From IMG/VR virus record IMGVR_UViG_3300037589_000110, positions 1 to 42,922 of that record: a DNA stretch of 42,922 nucleotides; one strand, given 5' to 3'. Source of the stretch: a virus (taxonomy: Duplodnaviria; Caudoviricetes). Each line of letters starts with the position of its first letter. The first letter of the stretch is position 1. The position numbers and the translations under genes are program-made. The notes under the pieces are model-generated. The model was not told where the DNA came from and did not search any database. It worked only from the letters and a program-made list of their open reading frames with translations. Positions 8,350 through 16,533 of the stretch are shown here, one piece after another.

Positions 8350-9338
8350 GAAACACCTGCCCCGAAATGGCCCTCTACCACGTTGGTGGACGGACCTTCA
8401 TTTGTCTTGGGAACTGTTTTGGCCGGTTGCTCATATGCATTAACATCGCGAAGCAATGGCCATGGGAGGTTTTGAATAGCATGGTGTTTGCTGCCAAGTG
8501 ACCAGAGTTCCGGTTTGCCCAGATCAGGGTGGGGCTGCAGGCCGGTGAAGATGCGGTCAAGGCAAGCATCGCGAGCCATATCCCATCCGATCTTCGGACC
8601 AATAACCAGATTACGTTTCAGATTTTCGCAAAACTGTCGGATAAGTGCCGGTGAAGCCGTCCGCATGGCCTTGGCCAGACGTTCCAGATGCTCTGTAGGC
8701 AGAGTGTACGGTTCAAGATAACGTTTCAGGATTTTCCGTATCTCGTCGGCTCCCGGTACTTCTAGCGCAATATGAATATCAAACCGGCGCCATACTGCCT
8801 GGTCGAGATGTTCCGCATGGTTGGTTGCCGCAATCATGAAGCCTTCATATCGCTCCATCCGGGCCAGCAGAGTATTGATCATCTCATTATGACCATGCTC
8901 AGCTGATTGGTTTTTGCCTCCATGCATCCGGCTCATGCCAAGAGAGTCAAATTCGTCAAAGAACACCAGCAAAGGCTCGCCTGTCTGGCCGTCTCCCTCA
9001 GTTTCAAGCGTATCGAAGAGCTCTCCCATGTTACGGGCGGAAGAGCCTATATAACAATCAATGATCGTCTCGGGCCGGACGCACAGCATTCGAATGCCTA
9101 GCCGGGCAGCCAGATGATGCGCTAGTGTCGTCTTGCCGGTACCTGGCCCCCCATGAAAAATGGCCTTTCGGCGCGCGTTTATGCCCACTTCTTGCAGATC
9201 CTTGTCTGCCCAGATTTCTTCCAGCCATTCAGTGAGTGAACCGCGAACAGGCTTCGCCAGTATTGGCTCTTGAGCCTCCGAGGGCATCAAAATGTCGCCA
9301 AACGTTTCCAGAGCCTGCACGCGCTTCTTTCTCATCAA
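8346..9338 (-). CDS. AAA+ ATPase
   Basis: GGPGTGKT, FFDEFD, AATN, LDQAVWRRFD. Confidence 0.92.
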   Translation of the reverse strand: MMRKKRVQALETFGDILMPSEAQEPILAKPVRGSLTEWLEEIWADKDLQEVGINARRKAIFHGGPGTGKTTLAHHLAARLGIRMLCVRPETIIDCYIGSSARNMGELFDTLETEGDGQTGEPLLVFFDEFDSLGMSRMHGGKNQSAEHGHNEMINTLLARMERYEGFMIAATNHAEHLDQAVWRRFDIHIALEVPGADEIRKILKRYLEPYTLPTEHLERLAKAMRTASPALIRQFCENLKRNLVIGPKIGWDMARDACLDRIFTGLQPHPDLGKPELWSLGSKHHAIQNLPWPLLRDVNAYEQPAKTVPKTNEGPSTNVVEGHFGAGVS

Positions 9339-10036
9339 TCGTCACCCATTCCATCGGTACCGGACTCATCGCGCCAGCCCTCATCAAATTCACGCCGTCT
9401 GGCATCGCCCCATGGAAACGGGTTGGCTGTAATTGGATTGTCCTGCCGATAAGCTTCGCGACCGAGTTCACGGGCCCCAGCCTCATCGACAGCCGGTGGT
9501 TCCGGCTTGTCTTCATGAACCGGGCTATCGGCCGAACGTTTTTCGAGCGGTGTCGGCTGCATTTCGACGTAGTCTTCGACAACAACCTTACCCTCGACCC
9601 GGTGCATGCGAACCGGCGCTCCGACCTTGATGATTATCTCACCTTCGCTGGGAACCAGCTTCTGGAACGCATTGATGACCTGCTCGCGAGACTGAATGTC
9701 AACAGACATTCGGCCAACGTGTGAGAACAGCGGAGCTTCCGCTCTCATGCCCATGACCGTCGAGTACAGATCATCGATAGCGTTGATCTCATCCAGCTCG
9801 GACGGTTTCAGCTTTCTTCGCTTCAAGAGCCTCCTGAGCGCTTTGGTATCAAAGCCCTCGCTCTTCGCTTCCGCGAATACGACTTTTATATCGTCGGCAT
9901 AGGTGGCTTTCCCGTCTTCCAGTCGCTCCACTCGTTCGACATAGTCACGCAGCTTGGCAGCGGAGACTTTGTTGTCACCAAAACTTGCTTCTGGTGCGGA
10001 TTGCTGCTCACTGCCGCCGGCCTCATTGTCACTCAT
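9335..10036 (-). CDS. GapR/DUF2312-domain protein with long C-terminal extension
   Basis: LRDYVERVERLE..K.....DIK.VFAEAKS.GFD.K.LR is the GapR/DUF2312 signature; start placed at ATG 10036, overlapping the upstream stop. Confidence 0.85.
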   Translation of the reverse strand: MSDNEAGGSEQQSAPEASFGDNKVSAAKLRDYVERVERLEDGKATYADDIKVVFAEAKSEGFDTKALRRLLKRRKLKPSELDEINAIDDLYSTVMGMRAEAPLFSHVGRMSVDIQSREQVINAFQKLVPSEGEIIIKVGAPVRMHRVEGKVVVEDYVEMQPTPLEKRSADSPVHEDKPEPPAVDEAGARELGREAYRQDNPITANPFPWGDARRREFDEGWRDESGTDGMGDD

Positions 10037-10730
10037 CGTCAGACTCCTTGCTGGTTTCTTCGCCATCCTCAATCGATGTTTCTTCATCATCGGGTTGGAG
10101 GCACTGGACTTCGCCGACGTCCGCCATCGTCTGCGCAAGCACTGCGCTCCGGAAGTCTTCAGTGATATCTTCCTCCCGCACCACGTAAGGCACTTTGTTA
10201 CCGGCCATCAGGGCTTTGACGTGCGCTTGCACCGCATCCTGTCGCGTGAGAGCTTCGCGGAGATGGCATTCGATTTTCTGGAGTGCTTCATTGCCTTCGC
10301 GCTCGCGTAACGACTTGTCTGACAGATACTGGGTTTTGAGACGGTCAAGGTCGGTTTGCATAGACGCCTGTTCGGCAATGCGCTGCTCGCGCAAGCGATC
10401 GATGGTCGCCGTATGTTCATCGGCCAGGCGCTTCAATGTATTTGCAACCTTGGTCGTGAACTCCGGACTGTAATCCTCGGTCCCCAACACCTTCATGAAG
10501 ATCTGCATGCCGCGCTCGGAATGCGCGACCTTGTCAACGATCTCTTTGGCTCGCGCTTCCGGCAAGGCCTGCTTTTCAGATTCCAAAGCAGCGTCGATGG
10601 CTTCGATGGATTTGTTGCCGTCTGCCATATTGCGTTCAAACTCGGCCATGAAGGCATCACTGGTTTGCAAGTCATTCGGCGATGGTTGGTCAGCGCGAAT
10701 GAGTATTTCTGCTATGTTTGATCTGCTCAT
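10029..10730 (-). CDS. Hypothetical coiled-coil protein
   Basis: 233-aa ORF with AAAGGA RBS and acidic tail. Confidence 0.7.
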   Translation of the reverse strand: MSRSNIAEILIRADQPSPNDLQTSDAFMAEFERNMADGNKSIEAIDAALESEKQALPEARAKEIVDKVAHSERGMQIFMKVLGTEDYSPEFTTKVANTLKRLADEHTATIDRLREQRIAEQASMQTDLDRLKTQYLSDKSLREREGNEALQKIECHLREALTRQDAVQAHVKALMAGNKVPYVVREEDITEDFRSAVLAQTMADVGEVQCLQPDDEETSIEDGEETSKESDDE

Positions 10731-10800
10731 GACGGTCCTTTCTAAAGATGGGGTTGCCCGCTGGCCGTTAGGGGGGGGCTTGGCCAGCGGGCGGGCGGGC

Positions 10801-11223
10801 TCAGGGGCGGCCCGATGGGTTGCCCGGGTTTTTACCGGGATCCACTATGTGACGCTTGACGCTACTCATGTGCTCAGAATTCGTAAGCTTGTCGGTGATA
10901 AAGGCCGCAAGCATCGCGCGGCGCCGTACACTCTCGGCCTCATTGTTGTTGGGATGCAGATACGCAGCAAAGAATGAACCGATTGCCAGCTTGGCCATCA
11001 GCATGTCGACCTGCATGTCATTGAGATTGTATGTAGCAATTGCCCTGTACAATTGTTCCCGGATGACTGGGGAGAGCTCCATCATCAGGCCGGCATAGCA
11101 GGCTTCTGTAGCCTCGCCGTTGGCTTCTACCGCTGACAGGCCCTCGATTTCTGAGTTGGCCATGTATCCATTCTGCGGCCCCAGTCTTTCGCCTTGATTG
11201 GCGCGTCCATCGTTTTTCGACAT
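10801..11223 (-). CDS. Hypothetical protein, first gene of the leftward early operon
   Basis: AGGGA RBS; lies downstream of the putative pL region. Confidence 0.65.
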   Translation of the reverse strand: MSKNDGRANQGERLGPQNGYMANSEIEGLSAVEANGEATEACYAGLMMELSPVIREQLYRAIATYNLNDMQVDMLMAKLAIGSFFAAYLHPNNNEAESVRRRAMLAAFITDKLTNSEHMSSVKRHIVDPGKNPGNPSGRP

Positions 11224-11240
11224 TGCTGCTTCCCTGATTT

Positions 11241-11281
11241 GTTAATGTCTTGATAAGAATCAATAGACAGGGAAGTGTCAA
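11241..11281 (-). promoter_or_regulatory. Putative leftward early promoter with CtrA-box-like site
   Basis: On the minus strand: TTGACA (11281-11276) and TTAT-N7-TTAAC (11256-11241). Confidence 0.45.
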
Positions 11282-11480
11282 GTCTGTTATCGTTTTTTGT
11301 CGACAGGCGGATGCACAGTATTTTGCACAGAGATTGATTTGCGTAGTCGAGACAACGTCTTATGGCGATAATTATCGGAGGGTAGTGATTATGGATAACC
11401 GATCAGACGACACGCAACAAGCCCGGGAACTGCTTGAGCTCCGGACTCAAGTGGACAAAGCCAAGCTCAAAAACGCGATT

Positions 11481-11822
11481 TCAGCCGAGTTTTTGAACGA
11501 GCTTGATGGCGAGCTCCTTGTCTTCTTTAGAGAGCTTCGCGAACAGCTTTAGCAGCGCTTCCTCGTCTGCGGATTGATCCAAACCGGTGATAATCGCCAC
11601 CGCACTTACGTTCAGCACCTCACACAGCCTGAGCAATCTGTCCAGGTTGGGTGTGTTTCTGCTGTTGTAAATCTGGTGAACGTAACTCGGATCGAACCCA
11701 GCCTTGATAGAGATTTCCCGTCGGGACATGCCCGAATTGTCAATCGCCTCCCGCAGGCGGCGCATCCATTCTCTGTCTGATGCCATGGTTTTCAGCCTTT
11801 CTGCCGCTTCTAGACCGGACAT
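11481..11822 (-). CDS. XRE-family HTH repressor (cI-like, no peptidase domain)
   Basis: LREAI..SGMSRREIS.KAG...SYV.QI.....TP.LD.L..LC..L; divergent from a cro-like gene. Confidence 0.85.
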   Translation of the reverse strand: MSGLEAAERLKTMASDREWMRRLREAIDNSGMSRREISIKAGFDPSYVHQIYNSRNTPNLDRLLRLCEVLNVSAVAIITGLDQSADEEALLKLFAKLSKEDKELAIKLVQKLG

Positions 11823-11880
11823 GCGGGGAATTGAAGGCTAGACGCAAGTCGTTTTTTTGCACATGGTTAATCGTCAACAC

Positions 11881-11909
11881 TTGACTGCGTTGAAAATAAA
11901 CAATACTAC
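11881..11909 (+). promoter_or_regulatory. Putative rightward early promoter (pR-like)
   Basis: TTGACT-N17-TACTAC upstream of the cro-like ORF. Confidence 0.5.
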
Positions 11910-11945
11910 CGATGCCCATGGTTTTTTGAAAGCAGCGAAGTCTCC

Positions 11946-12227
11946 ATGGCAGCTATCGACAATTCCCTCAAAAGCAAGAATGCCGGTCAATCGGAAGGGC
12001 CGCCAGCAGACGATATTCTTGCGGTTGCGATCTATTCGTTTGCAAATGAGTTCGGCCTTTCGCTCAGCTACGCCAGCATGCTTCTGAGTGGCAGTGGTTA
12101 TTACTACGCCAATCTCGCCTCCGGCCGTCGCCTGAATTCTGACAAACGAATCCAAGTTTGGAAGCGCCTGGAGGAAGAGACGGAGATGCGCCGCGGCAAA
12201 GCTCTTGCCGGAAAGGCGGTCGACTGA
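11946..12227 (+). CDS. Cro-like small regulator
   Basis: Divergent from the repressor; F....GLS....S....G...Y..L.SGR.L pattern; TGATG coupling to the next gene. Confidence 0.65.
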   Translation: MAAIDNSLKSKNAGQSEGPPADDILAVAIYSFANEFGLSLSYASMLLSGSGYYYANLASGRRLNSDKRIQVWKRLEEETEMRRGKALAGKAVD

Positions 12228-12985
12228 TGGGAGCGAACCGATCGACTGCCGTCATGGCGCGCCGTGGAAAGAAGCCTGAAAAGCAATACCGTTCACGCGT
12301 CTTGGAAATACCCCACGAGCTTGATTATTACCCCACCCCACCGTTCGCCACCCGCATGTTCTGCGACCGGCTTTGCACCTACATCGGCGATTACGACAAG
12401 TTAAAAACCATGACGGTTTGGGAACCAGCTTGCGGCGAGATGCATATGGCACGGCCGCTGGCTGAGTATTTCGGCCATGTTCGTGCAAGTGATGTTCATG
12501 CGTACAGCGCCCACGAAATATGTGACTTTCCGCTGGTCGGCCGAATGGAACCCGACTGCGTTGACTGGGTTATCACCAACCCGCCATTCTTGCTTGCAGA
12601 GGACTTTGTCGAAGCGGGCTTGAGGGCCGCCCGCCGCGGTGTCGCCATCCTGGTACGGACAGCATTTGCGGAAAGCAGAGCCCGATATAACCGCCTGTTT
12701 GGCTCGCAGCCACCTAGTTTCATCTGGCAGTTTGTTGACCGCGTGGTGTTGTTGGACCAGCGGCTCGTGCGCAAAGGTGAAACAGATCCTGCCAGCGATG
12801 ACACAGCATCCTCAGCTACTGCCTATTGCTGGATGGTATGGCTCACGGACGACACCTCTGGCGAGACCCACTTTGGCTGGCTTGACGGAAACCCGAAGCG
12901 GTTTGAGGCCGCGAACGATTATCCATCTTACATCATTGAAGGTGACAAGTTTGAGCTCGCCACCGAAAAGGCTGGTGCGCCATGA
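12227..12985 (+). CDS. Orphan amino (N6A/N4C) DNA methyltransferase
   Basis: DYYPTPP, VWEPACGE.HM (SAM-binding) and ITNPPF motifs; ATG at 12227 overlaps the upstream stop. Confidence 0.85.
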   Translation: MGANRSTAVMARRGKKPEKQYRSRVLEIPHELDYYPTPPFATRMFCDRLCTYIGDYDKLKTMTVWEPACGEMHMARPLAEYFGHVRASDVHAYSAHEICDFPLVGRMEPDCVDWVITNPPFLLAEDFVEAGLRAARRGVAILVRTAFAESRARYNRLFGSQPPSFIWQFVDRVVLLDQRLVRKGETDPASDDTASSATAYCWMVWLTDDTSGETHFGWLDGNPKRFEAANDYPSYIIEGDKFELATEKAGAP

Positions 12986-12990
12986 ACGCC

Positions 12991-13320
12991 TTACATCAGC
13001 CCCAGATTAAGCGCGGTGCGGGACTGCTGGCTGCAGTATATTCGCTTGGCGGTTCCGTTGGTTTTGTTGATTTCGCGGGCAGCACTGCGCATGTGCCTCA
13101 AGATTTTTTCACCTGCGCCCGACTCATTGCCCACCGCCGTATCGACAAACTGATCCAAGGGCTCGGAAGCAAGCGAAAAGCCACACGGTTGCTCTGCCGC
13201 GAGCAGATGCCCGATTACCTCATAGCGCTCAAACATGGTCATATCCTCGATCGCTTGGGCATTTGCATGCCCGGGAACCATCGCGACGAGCATGGCCAGG
13301 CACAGCAGGTGCGCTCTCAT
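12991..13320 (-). CDS. Secreted/periplasmic protein, single two-Cys domain (moron)
   Basis: Signal peptide MRAHLLCLAMLVAMVPGHANA; AE.PCG...YC...A..LGL domain. Confidence 0.7.
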   Translation of the reverse strand: MRAHLLCLAMLVAMVPGHANAQAIEDMTMFERYEVIGHLLAAEQPCGFSLASEPLDQFVDTAVGNESGAGEKILRHMRSAAREINKTNGTAKRIYCSQQSRTALNLGLM

Positions 13321-13997
13321 TGGCTTGCCTCGGAGGTAGCGATCTCATGAGAGTCTATCAGACCCGCAATGTAGGCAGCATACCGCGTTCGGTCGCAAAA
13401 TCGATCTTTGTCGGCAGGCCCATTTTTATTGACAGACTTCGTGGTTTCCCAACCCTCCGAGATGACCTCATCAATCTGTTGAAACGTGTAATCGGGTATC
13501 AGGAGGAACAAAAGCCTCCCAAGCTGTTGTTTATCATAGCGCAAGCCACAGATCTTCTGACCGGCAGTCAGGGCACCAAGACGCTTGATGTGGCGATTGG
13601 CAACCGTAAGTTCTGTTGGCTCCATGTCGCGCGCTCCGCCAAGTATTCCGGGAACATCTCTGGGAAGGGCAAGGCCATTGCTCATCGCATACAAGACGTG
13701 AACCGCACACTGATCGTAGAGATCGTCGTCGGAAAGCGACTCCTGCAACGTTGTCGCGCTTTCGGTCATTGTCTCAAGCAGTTCGGCATACGCTTCGTTT
13801 TCGGGATCGACCTTTGCGGCAACGTGGTTCTCAAGGCGATCCGTGTGAAGGTGATAGCCGCAGGTTTCCTGTCCGGCGATGACCTGCGAGAGCGAGCTGT
13901 AGAACAGCATAATATCGGCTTGCTTCGTCAACCGTTCCTCCGCCCACGCTGGTTTTGCTATGGCCAGCATGGCGACGATTATGATCAGAATTCGCAT
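13317..13997 (-). CDS. Secreted/periplasmic protein, two tandem two-Cys domains (moron)
   Basis: Signal peptide ending AWA; repeats AGQETCG...QC...AMSNGL and AGQKICG...FC...AYIAGL; GGAGG RBS. Confidence 0.75.
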   Translation of the reverse strand: MRILIIIVAMLAIAKPAWAEERLTKQADIMLFYSSLSQVIAGQETCGYHLHTDRLENHVAAKVDPENEAYAELLETMTESATTLQESLSDDDLYDQCAVHVLYAMSNGLALPRDVPGILGGARDMEPTELTVANRHIKRLGALTAGQKICGLRYDKQQLGRLLFLLIPDYTFQQIDEVISEGWETTKSVNKNGPADKDRFCDRTRYAAYIAGLIDSHEIATSEASQ

Positions 13998-14080
13998 GGC
14001 ATTTTTCCTCCACCCATTTTCCGGGCTCGGACCTTAGTCGGTATTCTTGACTTCGTCCACAGCCCCCAAAACGCTCTCAA

Positions 14081-14113
14081 TTTATTGACTGTTAACAGTA
14101 ATTGCGTCATGGT
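14081..14113 (+). promoter_or_regulatory. Putative promoter of the C4-like leader and replication operon, with overlapping CtrA-box-like motif
   Basis: TTGACT (14085-14090)-N17-CATGGT; TTTA-N7-TTAAC (14081-14096); palindrome ACTGTTAACAGT. Confidence 0.5.
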
Positions 14114-14143
14114 CTGGTTCAAGCGAGTCTCACGACTCGTACA

Positions 14144-14229
14144 GCGTCGGCAAAATCCGATGCGGGGATTAGAAGCCCTTACCACCACAGGCGCTCAACC
14201 GCGCCATCAAAGCGCGGTTTCTTTGTGTC
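14144..14229 (+). promoter_or_regulatory. c4 a1b1-like upstream target leader with terminator hairpin
   Basis: Hairpin GCGTCGG-CAAAAT-CCGATGC; targets TTAGAAG (14169-14175) and CCACAGG (14185-14191); terminator AACCGCGC-N7-GCGCGGTT followed by a T-rich tract. Confidence 0.75.
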
Positions 14230-14250
14230 TGGACTTAGTCCGGATGCTTA

Positions 14251-14328
14251 TGGTCGGGCGCAAAGCGGGCAGCCTAGCTGCGCCGTGTCCTGTGGCATGG
14301 TCTTCTAACCCTTTGTTGCCCGGCCACC
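14251..14328 (+). ncRNA. C4-like antisense RNA (P1 c4 / P4 CI class)
   Basis: Closing stem TGGTCGGGC/GCCCGGCCA; internal CCTGTGG (14289-14295) and CTTCTAA (14302-14308) are exactly complementary to target pairs both upstream and downstream. Confidence 0.8.
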
Positions 14329-14329
14329 T

Positions 14330-14370
14330 GATTAGAAGCGGGTTTCCGGGTTTGATACGAGCCACAGGAG
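14330..14370 (+). promoter_or_regulatory. c4 a2b2-like downstream targets overlapping an RBS
   Basis: GATTAGAAGC (14330-14339) is identical to 14167-14176; CCACAGG (14362-14368) overlaps the AGGAG SD of ATG 14378. Confidence 0.78.
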
Positions 14371-14377
14371 TCCCGTC

Positions 14378-14605
14378 ATGAACGGAAGAGCGACCTCACA
14401 CACCCATAATCCACCCAATCTCCGAGCTCAGTTGCAGGCAGCACTCGCGCGATCGGATGCCATCGGCCATTTGCAGATCCTTTGCCTTGAGGCGCTGGGT
14501 GATGGCCGGGAAATGGACCTGCCCGGCATTATTGAATTCCTCCGGCAAGAATCCGAAAGGAGCCGCGACGAAATCCACGGGCTGGTTTCGAGGATGGTTT
14601 CATGA
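14378..14605 (+). CDS. Small protein under C4-like control (icd/kil-like position)
   Basis: AGGAG RBS; ATGA overlap with the rep gene. Confidence 0.7.
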   Translation: MNGRATSHTHNPPNLRAQLQAALARSDAIGHLQILCLEALGDGREMDLPGIIEFLRQESERSRDEIHGLVSRMVS

Positions 14606-15570
14606 GTCATGAGGCAACCAACTGGGCGTTCGACCAGGCTGCGAAGTTCCCGGATATGAAGCCAGGCGAATGGGCTGTCCTCGTGATTTTGGCTGACTGC
14701 CACAACCCGGTTCACGGTTGTTTTCCCAGCCAGCAGTACATTGCCAAGCGCATCAATCTGGATGCTCGCTCGGTGCGCCGGCACCTGCTCAAGTTGCGGT
14801 CTCGCAAATTACTTAACTGGTGCGAAAAAAGCCCCACCGGACCCAACCTTTTTAATCGGTACCGAATGGCCTTCGAAGACGGCTTCATACCATACGAACC
14901 TGAACAGGAGACTGAAGAAACACCGGACAAAATGTCCTCCGTTAATTCAGATAACACCGGACAAAAATGCACCGAAACACCGGACAAAAATGACACAAAA
15001 CACCGGACAAAATGTCCGCCTAACCATGTAATAGAACCCGTAAGGGGAACCAGTAACTCTCACAGCAACAATTCCGACACCGAAAACAACAGCACCATTC
15101 CACCGGACTGTCCGTCCGGTGATGAGCCTTCAACCCTTCCCGGTTTACCTGTCGAGGCAAAATTCCGACCCCACTCCGAGCAGGGCTTTGCCCAATTCTG
15201 GGAAGCGTTTGCCGACAAGCGCGGCAGACAGGCGGCGCTCAAGGTCTGGAAACGTAAAAACCTTGCTCGTATCCCCGGCCAGGTAATCGCGGGAGCTTAC
15301 CGCTATGTGGCCAATCGTGGTCCTGACCCGCGTTACTGGAAACAAGCGCAGGGTTGGCTTGGCGATGGTCGATGGGAGGATGAACCGCCCGAATCCGCAG
15401 CATCGAATTCTGACATGAGCTGGGAAGATGCGGCCCGTGCAGCCGTTAGCGATCGGCGCGGAACGGTGATCGACGGCGCAAGCTATCGCCACGTCTCGCC
15501 GGAAACGCCCGCCGATGAAATCACCGACCAGAGCGACGAACCTGAACGGAGGCGCAGCCATGGCCGCTAA
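14602..15570 (+). CDS. Phage replication initiator (N-terminal HTH, O-like)
   Basis: VL..LAD.HN...GCFPSQ..IA......RSVRRHL..L; C-terminal F.QFW.AF...WL...RWED; internal iterons. Confidence 0.88.
   Translation: MSHEATNWAFDQAAKFPDMKPGEWAVLVILADCHNPVHGCFPSQQYIAKRINLDARSVRRHLLKLRSRKLLNWCEKSPTGPNLFNRYRMAFEDGFIPYEPEQETEETPDKMSSVNSDNTGQKCTETPDKNDTKHRTKCPPNHVIEPVRGTSNSHSNNSDTENNSTIPPDCPSGDEPSTLPGLPVEAKFRPHSEQGFAQFWEAFADKRGRQAALKVWKRKNLARIPGQVIAGAYRYVANRGPDPRYWKQAQGWLGDGRWEDEPPESAASNSDMSWEDAARAAVSDRRGTVIDGASYRHVSPETPADEITDQSDEPERRRSHGR
14919..15017 (+). repeat. Iteron array, putative phage origin of replication
   Basis: Four direct repeats AACACCGGACAAAA(A)TG starting at 14919, 14953, 14976 and 14999 inside the rep gene. 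Confidence 0.85.
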
Positions 15571-16369
15571 CTATTCCCTGCAGCAAATGCCGAACGAGGA
15601 AGCCGTTGCGCGTTCTCTCACGAAGCTTTTTGGCATGCTGGTAAGCCCTCGCCCCGACGTCGATCGCAAAACGCTCATGACGGGATATCTCGACAACCTG
15701 AGCGATTTGCCTGAATGGGCGGTCCTGCGGGTGATCGAGGAATACCGCACCGGCAAGCGCGGCGATGGCCGGTTCGTGCCCACCGCCGCCCAGCTGGCGC
15801 AAGCAGCGACTGAACTCCGGAACACTCACATTCGTGAACAGAAACGAGCCGAAGCCGAACGTGAATATTTCGAGCAGGAACGCAAGGCGCGTCAGCGCGA
15901 GCGCGAGTTCCATGCGACAATCACCGATGAGAGCCGGGAACGTGTTCTCGCGAAGCTGAAAGCCACGCAGGAAGCCGTGTCAAAGGCCTCGACCGAAATG
16001 GACGAAAGCCTCAAACAATCCCAGCGCGAGCGGCGGGCACGATACCGTCGAGAACAGAATGCGCAGAATGCCTTGATACGCACTCAGCGGGATCCGGATG
16101 GCATTCATCACGACGATATCGGCATCAGCTTCACTGGCAAGGAGATTGCCCGGCTGATCGAAACATATCCCGGCGCAGATATCCGCGGCAGGCTCACTGA
16201 CCGGGAAGCGATGATGCAAGCTTTCAGACAGCGACCAGGCAACCCAAAGCCGATCATCCTTGAGTGGTTCAAAGCCGAACACGCTGAACCGAAGTCTGAC
16301 GGCAGTCTGGGCGATGCTGCGGCGAAGGTAGAGAAAGCGGCGGCGACTGCTTTAGGGGACGATCAATGA
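15560..16369 (+). CDS. Putative helicase loader / replication accessory protein
   Basis: Follows rep; GGAGG RBS before ATG 15560; Y...LSDLPEWAV......Y......F.PT.A.L N-terminal motif. Confidence 0.6.
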   Translation: MAANYSLQQMPNEEAVARSLTKLFGMLVSPRPDVDRKTLMTGYLDNLSDLPEWAVLRVIEEYRTGKRGDGRFVPTAAQLAQAATELRNTHIREQKRAEAEREYFEQERKARQREREFHATITDESRERVLAKLKATQEAVSKASTEMDESLKQSQRERRARYRREQNAQNALIRTQRDPDGIHHDDIGISFTGKEIARLIETYPGADIRGRLTDREAMMQAFRQRPGNPKPIILEWFKAEHAEPKSDGSLGDAAAKVEKAAATALGDDQ

Positions 16370-16533
16370 GCGACAGTTCCGCGATTAAACCCCGCCCAGC
16401 TTATCCGTTTTCTCTGGCCCGTTCTCCGAACCTGCGAGTCATACCCCATCTGGTTTTGTCTCCGGATACCGATGCCAGGGACAATATCGAGGGCTGGTCG
16501 CGCCAGTTCCGTCTCATCCGCGGAGAAACGTGA
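16366..16533 (+). CDS. Small hypothetical protein (55 aa)
   Basis: ATGA overlap with the upstream stop and TGATG coupling to the downstream MTase; below the ORF-track cutoff. Confidence 0.5.
   Translation: MSDSSAIKPRPAYPFSLARSPNLRVIPHLVLSPDTDARDNIEGWSRQFRLIRGET

Noticed and set aside
13263-14381. 372-aa plus-strand ORF whose end resembles the Ash family (MVGRKAGSLAAP...)
   Set aside because: Mostly antisense to the secreted-protein gene; the Ash-like tail coincides with the C4-like RNA and is better explained as RNA structure
14919-15017. Direct repeats considered as a mini CRISPR array
   Set aside because: Repeats and spacers are too short, lie inside a coding sequence, and no cas genes are present; they fit iterons
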